Source: Nitrospirae bacterium JdFR-85 (GTDB lineage Bacteria > Nitrospirota > Thermodesulfovibrionia > Thermodesulfovibrionales > JdFR-85). From it: 64,000 nucleotides of DNA. Below are positions 58,848-64,000 of this stretch, one piece after another. The position numbers were made by a program, and so were the translations under genes. The notes beneath the pieces were generated by a model. That model did no database searches. It worked only from the letters and a program-made list of their open reading frames with translations, and had not been told where the DNA came from. Every line of letters starts with the position of its first letter. Position 1 is the first letter of the stretch. Location: assembly GCA_002011745.1 (NCBI GenBank), contig MTOU01000007.1, positions 30,036 through 94,035 of the forward strand, given 5' to 3'.

Positions 58848-59539
58848 TGTTGCTTTCTGTTGAAAGAATAAATGTTTCATATGGCAGGGCCAGGGTACTT
58901 TCAGATGTCTCCATTCATGTAAATGAAGGTGAGATGGTCTTTATTGTAGGACGAAATGGAGCTGGTAAAACCACTCTTCTGAAAACAATAGCAGGATTTC
59001 TTTCACCCGAAGAAGGCACCATTAGATTCGGTAGTGATAAAGTTAATGCTCTCGGGCCTGAAGAGATGGCACTTAAAGGAGTAAGATATGTGTTTCAAGA
59101 TAAAAGGGTTTTCACAAAACTCACTGTTAGAGAAAATATTCAGCTTGCAGCCTATGCTGCAGGTGTAAGTCTAAGCGAAGCAGTGGATAAGATCGTTCAA
59201 CTCTACCCTCCAATTACAAGATTTTTAGAAAGCAAGGCAGGCACCCTTTCTGGAGGACAGCGCCAGATTTTGCTGCTTGGACGTGCATTAATCGGCGATC
59301 CCTGTTTGCTCCTTATAGATGAACCTACAGAGGGACTGGCTGCAGGGATAATTGAGGAGGTCTTTAAGGTTCTGGAGATGACAAGAAGAAAGGTCTCTAT
59401 GCTTATTGTAGAACAGAATCTGGCAGTAGTTCGGAGGCTGGCTGACAGAGTCTATGCAATGAAAGAAGGACACATTGTTGCAGAGGTGAACACTCCAGAG
59501 GATATCCAGAATCAGACCTTGCTTGAAGAGTTCTTATAG
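58847..59539 (+). CDS. ABC transporter ATP-binding protein (LivF-like)
   Basis: 230 aa with GRNGAGKTT, LSGGQRQ and LLLIDEP. Its ATG shares 1 nt with the upstream TAA. Confidence 0.9.
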   Translation: MLLSVERINVSYGRARVLSDVSIHVNEGEMVFIVGRNGAGKTTLLKTIAGFLSPEEGTIRFGSDKVNALGPEEMALKGVRYVFQDKRVFTKLTVRENIQLAAYAAGVSLSEAVDKIVQLYPPITRFLESKAGTLSGGQRQILLLGRALIGDPCLLLIDEPTEGLAAGIIEEVFKVLEMTRRKVSMLIVEQNLAVVRRLADRVYAMKEGHIVAEVNTPEDIQNQTLLEEFL

Positions 59540-59555
59540 TGTTAGGAGAGTGTTA

Positions 59556-60512
59556 ATGAGAAATAACTTTTTAGAGATTGTCAGAAAAGTGGACATCCTT
59601 TTCATAGGATGTGCTTTTCTGCTACTGGCTCCTGTGCTTACTGTGCAAAGAACCAATGATTTTATTATCTTCTGTATATTTGTCTTAGCATATAACCTCC
59701 TTTATGGCTTTATGGGACGGCTCTCTTTTGGCCATATGTTGTACTTTGGTGTAGGCGCTTATGCCTCAGCTCTTACAGCAGAACACCTCTCTGCCAACCC
59801 CTTTGCAGCAATTGCTGTAGCCTTGGTAGCTGGTGCAGGCACGGGTATTTTACTTGGTCCTATTACAGTCAGAACCACAGGGGCATGTTTTGCCCTTATC
59901 AATCTTGCCTTTAATCAAGTGGGTTACTTCCTGGCACTTATAGCACTGGCAAAATGGACAGGTGGAGAGGATGGAATGGCAGCCTTCTTTGATAATATAT
60001 GGATTTTTGATTTAGGGAATCGTTATGTAGTTTTTGGATTTTCTCTTTTATGTCTGCTTCTGGTCGTATATATAATGAAACGTCTTACAAGTTCATCCTT
60101 TGGTATTCTGCTCAGAACTATAAAAGAAAACGAGACAAGGGCCAAATTCCTTGGATACAACACTTTCCGTTATAAACTGGCTGCATTTGTGATTTCTACA
60201 ACACTCTCGGCCTTTGCCGGAGCACTATCAATAATAAATTATACATATGTTACACCCAGCTTTATTGATACCACAAGAAATGTAGAGGTGATATTTGCAA
60301 GTCTCATAGGAGGCTCTGCAAGTATTTATGGATCACTTGTTGGGGGTATAAGCTATATGATCATCAGTAACTACCTACCTAAGTATATCCAGAGATGGGA
60401 GATGTTTCTTGGAGTGGCTCTTCTTCTGCTTGTATTTCGTTTCCGTTCTGGTCTGTGGGGATATATATCTGAAACTGTAGAAAAATATGCCTTAAAAGGA
60501 GCAAGAGAATGA
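59556..60512 (+). CDS. branched-chain-amino-acid-type ABC permease (LivM-like)
   Basis: Multi-TM protein with the G..SFGH..YFGVGAY motif. The ATG at 59556 follows TAGGAGAG. Confidence 0.85.
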   Translation: MRNNFLEIVRKVDILFIGCAFLLLAPVLTVQRTNDFIIFCIFVLAYNLLYGFMGRLSFGHMLYFGVGAYASALTAEHLSANPFAAIAVALVAGAGTGILLGPITVRTTGACFALINLAFNQVGYFLALIALAKWTGGEDGMAAFFDNIWIFDLGNRYVVFGFSLLCLLLVVYIMKRLTSSSFGILLRTIKENETRAKFLGYNTFRYKLAAFVISTTLSAFAGALSIINYTYVTPSFIDTTRNVEVIFASLIGGSASIYGSLVGGISYMIISNYLPKYIQRWEMFLGVALLLLVFRFRSGLWGYISETVEKYALKGARE

Positions 60513-61342
60513 TTGATACAATCGCCTATGGGCTGACCATTGGTGGTATTCTGTACATAATCTCAATAGGACTCTCCCTAACCTTCGGAACAATGCGAAT
60601 AGTGAACTTTGCCCATGCTCTTGTTTATACAGTAGGTGCCTATGTGCTGGTTGCTTCTCTTTCTCTGTTTAATGGCCATTTCATTGCTGCCAGTGTGGTT
60701 GCTGTATTAGCCGTTATTCCATTGGCATACCTGATTGAACGCTATGTTATACGCCGTCTTTATGGTGAGTCAATTGATTATGCCATAATAGCAACCTATG
60801 CTGTTTTGTTGATTGGAGTGGATGCAATAAAGTGGATCTGGGGAGCCATTCCAATTCCTCTTTCCGACCCTGTGGGCAAAGCATGGAACATTCTGGGTGT
60901 GGAGTTGCCTCTGTATCGTATTATTATAATAGCTCTTTCTATATGTGTCTTTTTTATCTTGGAACTCTTTTTTAAATATACAATTGTGGGTAAAATAGTG
61001 GTTGCTGGTTTGGAAGACAAAGAAGCGGTTAGGAGTCTTGGAATTAAGGTAGACAGATATTTCTCATTGGTCTTTGTAATCGGCAGTTGCTTAGCTGCGC
61101 TCGGAGGAGTCCTTTATGCACCTATAACCACTGTGCATCCCTATATGGGATTTCAAGTCCTGCTTTTATGTTTTGCCGTGGTGCTTGTGGGTGGACTCGG
61201 CAGCATGAGAGGTACATTTCTGTCTGCATTTGCACTCGGTATGGTAATGGCTGTCACAGGCAGATTCTGGGGACCAGCTGCTGAGACCATGGTTTTTGTA
61301 GTTATGGCAATTGTCTTAATCTTTAAACCAATTGAGGTTTAG
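60509..61342 (+). CDS. branched-chain-amino-acid-type ABC permease (LivH-like)
   Basis: 277 aa with the LSLTFGTMRIVNFAH motif, 4-nt overlap with the upstream gene. Confidence 0.85.
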   Translation: MIDTIAYGLTIGGILYIISIGLSLTFGTMRIVNFAHALVYTVGAYVLVASLSLFNGHFIAASVVAVLAVIPLAYLIERYVIRRLYGESIDYAIIATYAVLLIGVDAIKWIWGAIPIPLSDPVGKAWNILGVELPLYRIIIIALSICVFFILELFFKYTIVGKIVVAGLEDKEAVRSLGIKVDRYFSLVFVIGSCLAALGGVLYAPITTVHPYMGFQVLLLCFAVVLVGGLGSMRGTFLSAFALGMVMAVTGRFWGPAAETMVFVVMAIVLIFKPIEV

Positions 61343-61797
61343 CCTTTTAACTCAAAAATAAAATCTATCTCCAGAGGTGAATTAAGTGGAAGCACCTGTA
61401 CCCCAACAGCAACCCTTGTGTGCCTGCCTGCTTCACCAAAAATATCGATTAACAACTCCGAGGCCCCATTCAGTACTTTTGGTTGCTCATAAAAAGATCT
61501 GTCTGAAGCAACATAACCATTAACTCTGACACAACCTTTTACACCATCAAGACCAACCTCACTGTCTAAGATAGAGAGTGTATTAAGAACCACCTGCCGT
61601 GCACATTCCCTTGCAGTCTCTATATCCACATCCACAGGAACCACACCCTTTGCAATCAACTCACCATCTCTGAAGGGGAGAATACCACTCAGAAACAGAA
61701 GACTACCCACCCTCTTCAGAGGTAGATATACTCCTTGAGGCACAGGAAATCTTGGAAGGACAATATTAAGTTCTTTCAACCTCTCATAAATTGACAT
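61339..61797 (-). CDS. RidA/YjgF-family protein
   Basis: 152 aa with ...R.AVGV..LP....VEI..I.E at the C-terminus. It converges on the permease gene and overlaps it by 4 nt. Confidence 0.8.
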   Translation of the reverse strand: MSIYERLKELNIVLPRFPVPQGVYLPLKRVGSLLFLSGILPFRDGELIAKGVVPVDVDIETARECARQVVLNTLSILDSEVGLDGVKGCVRVNGYVASDRSFYEQPKVLNGASELLIDIFGEAGRHTRVAVGVQVLPLNSPLEIDFIFELKG

Positions 61798-61828
61798 GGT
61801 TAACTATTATACATGAGATAATTTATAG

Positions 61829-61857
61829 TTGCCAACATAGGTATTTTATAGTATAAT
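61829..61857 (+). promoter_or_regulatory. near-consensus sigma70 promoter of the micro-gene
   Basis: TTGCCA (61829-61834), a 17-nt spacer, then TATAAT (61852-61857). Confidence 0.6.
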
Positions 61858-61914
61858 AACCCTAAACAATGCTTGCATGAAGCAGGCTGAATCCCTATGA
61901 AGGGGAGGACTTCA

Positions 61915-61977
61915 ATGAAAATAAGAAAAGTAAGAAGACTCGCCTCAACTATTTGTAAATGTAAGTCTTCCTGCTAA
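61915..61977 (+). CDS. candidate 20-aa basic, cysteine-rich micro-protein (MKIRKVRRLASTICKCKSSC)
   Basis: GGAGG (61904-61908) lies 6 nt before the ATG. The TAA stop is followed 2 nt later by a 9-bp-stem hairpin, and the unit has its own promoter. It is below the ORF-track length cutoff. The same unit could instead be a structured RNA. Confidence 0.35.
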   Translation: MKIRKVRRLASTICKCKSSC

Positions 61978-61979
61978 AA

Positions 61980-62006
61980 AGAGGGCAGAGTACTGCCCTC
62001 TTTCTC
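61980..62006. terminator. hairpin terminator, usable in both orientations
   Basis: AGAGGGCAG-AGTA-CTGCCCTCT, preceded by AAAAA and followed by TTCTC. On the minus sense the stem is followed by a clean TTTTT. Confidence 0.65.
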
Positions 62007-62025
62007 AACAAAAGCTTCATTTGTC

Positions 62026-62055
62026 TTGACAAAATATAGAACAAAAACCTATTAT
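62026..62055 (+). promoter_or_regulatory. candidate promoter for the 62133-63422 gene string
   Basis: TTGACA (62026-62031), an 18-nt spacer, then TATTAT (62050-62055). Confidence 0.5.
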
Positions 62056-62132
62056 TTTTTACATATCCTTGCCAAAGGACCGACTTTTAGTAGAAAGAAA
62101 GGCAAGAATAATAAGCTTAAGGTTGTTTTTTA

Positions 62133-62702
62133 ATGGAGAGGAAAGTTTTATATTTTGAAAAACCAGGGCCAGAGAATACCAAGGCCTGTTTAGAAGTAGC
62201 AAAGGAAGTCCTGCAAGAGGGGAAAATAAGGGATGTGGTTGTTGCCTCTACAAAAGGAGATACTGGTTTAGTCTTTGCCGAAGGACTGAGGGATTTTGAT
62301 CTCAACCTTATAGTAGTCACCCATTCATATGGTTTTAGAGAGCCAAACACCTTGGAGATCTCTGATGAGACAAAAGAGAAGCTCCTTAAGCTGGGTGCCA
62401 GGGTATATACAGGCACAATGATCACTCATACCCTTGAAACCGCCTTGGCACAGAAATTTGGAGGTCTCTATCCCACTCTTCTAGTTGCCCAGACCCTGAG
62501 GAGATTTGGGGAGGGATCAAAGGTCTGTTGTGAGATAGTTATGATGGCTGCTGATGCCGGACTAATACCTGAAGGTGTAGAAGTTCTGGCTGTGGCAGGT
62601 ACAGCCAGGGGGGCAGATACAGTTATGATTCTCAGGTCTTCTACCTCTAAGAGGTTTTTGGACCTTAAAGTACTTGAGATCTTAGCAAAGCCAAGGAGTT
62701 AA
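62133..62702 (+). CDS. pyruvate kinase alpha/beta (C-terminal)-domain-like protein
   Basis: 189 aa. Resembles stand-alone PK_C-like proteins (..VVVASTKGDTG...A, VLAVAGT..GADT). The family call is from memory. Confidence 0.5.
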   Translation: MERKVLYFEKPGPENTKACLEVAKEVLQEGKIRDVVVASTKGDTGLVFAEGLRDFDLNLIVVTHSYGFREPNTLEISDETKEKLLKLGARVYTGTMITHTLETALAQKFGGLYPTLLVAQTLRRFGEGSKVCCEIVMMAADAGLIPEGVEVLAVAGTARGADTVMILRSSTSKRFLDLKVLEILAKPRS

Positions 62703-62704
62703 GG

Positions 62705-63079
62705 ATGAGAGTGAAAGACTGGTTAGAGCAGGCAAAAAGAACGATCTCTTCTGCAGAACACTCATTAAAAGGCGGTTTTTATGAGGATGCATCATATCTC
62801 TCTCATCAGGCTGCAGTGCTTGCAGTGGTTGGTCTTCTAATCAGGCTCGGAGAGGTCGAAACAGGCTCCTCTGTATATTACATGCTTAAAAAGGTAAAAG
62901 GCTCCACTCAGGAGGTACTTCATAATGCAAGAGTACTTGATACATACTATCTTCCTTCCCGTTATCCCTATTGTTTTGAGAAAGGAACCCCTAAGGACTA
63001 CTTTGATGAAGAAACTGCCAAGGAGGCGATAGAGAGTGCAAAGAGCATCCTGGAATTTGTTGAGAAACAACTGGGCTGA
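62705..63079 (+). CDS. HEPN domain protein
   Basis: 124 aa with W..QAK......E..LK.G.YED.......QAA ... LD..Y...RYP. This is the helical-bundle pattern of PF05168-type HEPN. Confidence 0.75.
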   Translation: MRVKDWLEQAKRTISSAEHSLKGGFYEDASYLSHQAAVLAVVGLLIRLGEVETGSSVYYMLKKVKGSTQEVLHNARVLDTYYLPSRYPYCFEKGTPKDYFDEETAKEAIESAKSILEFVEKQLG

Positions 63080-63422
63080 CAAGTACTTTTTTGAACCTTT
63101 AAGCGAATTTTTAAGCCGTCTTCATGAAGACAGAGGTGGTATTGTAGATGGAGTGGTAATATTCTCTCCAGAGGGAGAAGATGTACCACCACCCAAACCA
63201 CCTGTCTTTTTACTTGTGCTTTATAAAGAGCCCGTTGATTTTCTCTTTGAAAATCTATTCTTAAGAGAAAGAGACCCCTCTGGAATATTTAATTTTTTCT
63301 GTTATCAGAGCAAGGGGTTCAGAGAGATGTTAAACAACAATAATCCCCTTGCCAGACAGGCGTTATCCACAGGAATAATAGTTCATGAGACTGAGAGCAC
63401 CCTTGAAGAATTCATATGCTGA
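63036..63422 (+). CDS. HEPN-partner protein, degenerate minimal-nucleotidyltransferase (MNT)-like
   Basis: 128 aa. The GTG start lies 9 nt after AAGGAGG and overlaps the HEPN gene by 44 nt. VVIFSPEGEDVPPPKPPVFLLVLY occupies the position of the hhhFGSxARGexxxxSDhDLLVV motif but lacks GS and DxD. Confidence 0.45.
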   Translation: MQRASWNLLRNNWADKYFFEPLSEFLSRLHEDRGGIVDGVVIFSPEGEDVPPPKPPVFLLVLYKEPVDFLFENLFLRERDPSGIFNFFCYQSKGFREMLNNNNPLARQALSTGIIVHETESTLEEFIC

Positions 63423-64000
63423 AATATCTCCTGAAACGTACATCTGAATTTCTGATCACCCTATTCGGAATAACCACCATATCCTTTTTTATCATCCATC
63501 TTGCACCAGGTAAACCCACAGATATACTCAGTGAGTTGAACCCAAAAATCACACCTGAGGCGAGAGAGAAACTGGAAAAGTACTACGGCCTTGACAAACC
63601 TATACCAGTACAGTATTTAATGTGGCTCAAGAGGGTAATAAAACTCGACTTTGGTGAGTCATTCTCCACAGACCGGAGGCCTGTCTGGGATAAGATAAAA
63701 GAGAGACTCCCAATAACAATTGGGATCAATCTACTCAGTATGCTTCTCATATTCGCAATAGGCATTCCTATTGGTATAAGTTCTGCCACAAGACAGTACT
63801 CCACCTATGATAAGGTAACCACGGTCATTGTATTTATAGGCTATGCCATGCCAGGATTCTGGCTTGCCCTGCTTCTGATGCTACTGTTTGGAGTACAGCT
63901 CCAATGGCTACCCATATCGGGGATAAAATCCATGAACTACGAAACGCTTAGCTTTTTCGGAAAAGTAGTTGACATAGGCAAGCATCTTATACTGCCGGTG
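63416..64000 (+). CDS. ABC transporter permease (Opp/Dpp B-type), 3'-truncated by the window edge
   Basis: The open frame runs to the window end and so is absent from the ORF track. Translation is MLKYLLKRTSEFLITLFGITTISFFIIHLAPG...YYGLDKP..VQY..W......DFG.S, a typical OppB/DppB N-terminus. The ATG overlaps the upstream stop. Confidence 0.85.
   Translation, partial: MLKYLLKRTSEFLITLFGITTISFFIIHLAPGKPTDILSELNPKITPEAREKLEKYYGLDKPIPVQYLMWLKRVIKLDFGESFSTDRRPVWDKIKERLPITIGINLLSMLLIFAIGIPIGISSATRQYSTYDKVTTVIVFIGYAMPGFWLALLLMLLFGVQLQWLPISGIKSMNYETLSFFGKVVDIGKHLILPV

Noticed and set aside
53669-61797. Genomic island integrated at tRNA-Leu, with the adjacent tyrosine recombinase as its integrase
   Set aside because: The recombinase has a XerC/XerD-like sequence and is translationally coupled into the housekeeping coaD-queE-mazG string on the opposite side of the tRNA. 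I found no direct repeat of the tRNA 3' end (..TCAAATCCCCCCTCCGGCACCA) in 61.8-62.1 kb or elsewhere downstream.

Overview
Dense, mostly core-chromosome segment with about 70 CDS and one tRNA. I saw no rRNA, no CRISPR array and no recognisable IS, phage or integrase cassette. Gene content (formate-THF ligase, hybrid-cluster protein, a four-subunit sulfhydrogenase-type [NiFe] hydrogenase), AGA/AGG/ATA-rich codon usage and strong GGAGG ribosome-binding sites point to an anaerobic, probably thermophilic bacterium. A Thermodesulfovibrio/Nitrospirota-like origin is only a guess. Core blocks include tgt-hisC-CDF, a GldG/ABC-2 exporter set, rplM-rpsI-argC, der-birA-coaX, fabG-acpP-fabF-rnc, argS-lgt, bioB, and xer-coaD-queE-mazG. 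The only clearly accessory stretch is about 8.1-15.5 kb. It holds a multiply frameshifted tandem-HD (HD-GYP-like) pseudogene carrying a 19-bp tandem duplication. Next to it is a by-eye AT-richer block encoding two large gingipain/C25-like clan-CD cysteine peptidase homologues without signal peptides, each behind a long purine-rich leader. That block also encodes a membrane protein with a papain-fold Cys-His-Asp domain and small membrane proteins. This 'cysteine-peptidase island' is my best candidate for an undescribed system. Secondary candidates: (1) a self-contained micro-gene at 61.83-62.01 kb (consensus promoter, GGAGG RBS, 20-aa basic Cys-rich ORF, terminator); (2) a HEPN protein paired with a catalytically degenerate nucleotidyltransferase-like protein; (3) a GntR-isochorismatase-Liv-type ABC-RidA module with a striking palindromic operator in a consensus promoter; (4) an attenuator-like leader before a TonB-dependent receptor; (5) an RCK K+ channel whose filter reads TTIGYK rather than GYG. 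All family assignments come from reading motifs by eye. No database search or computation was run.
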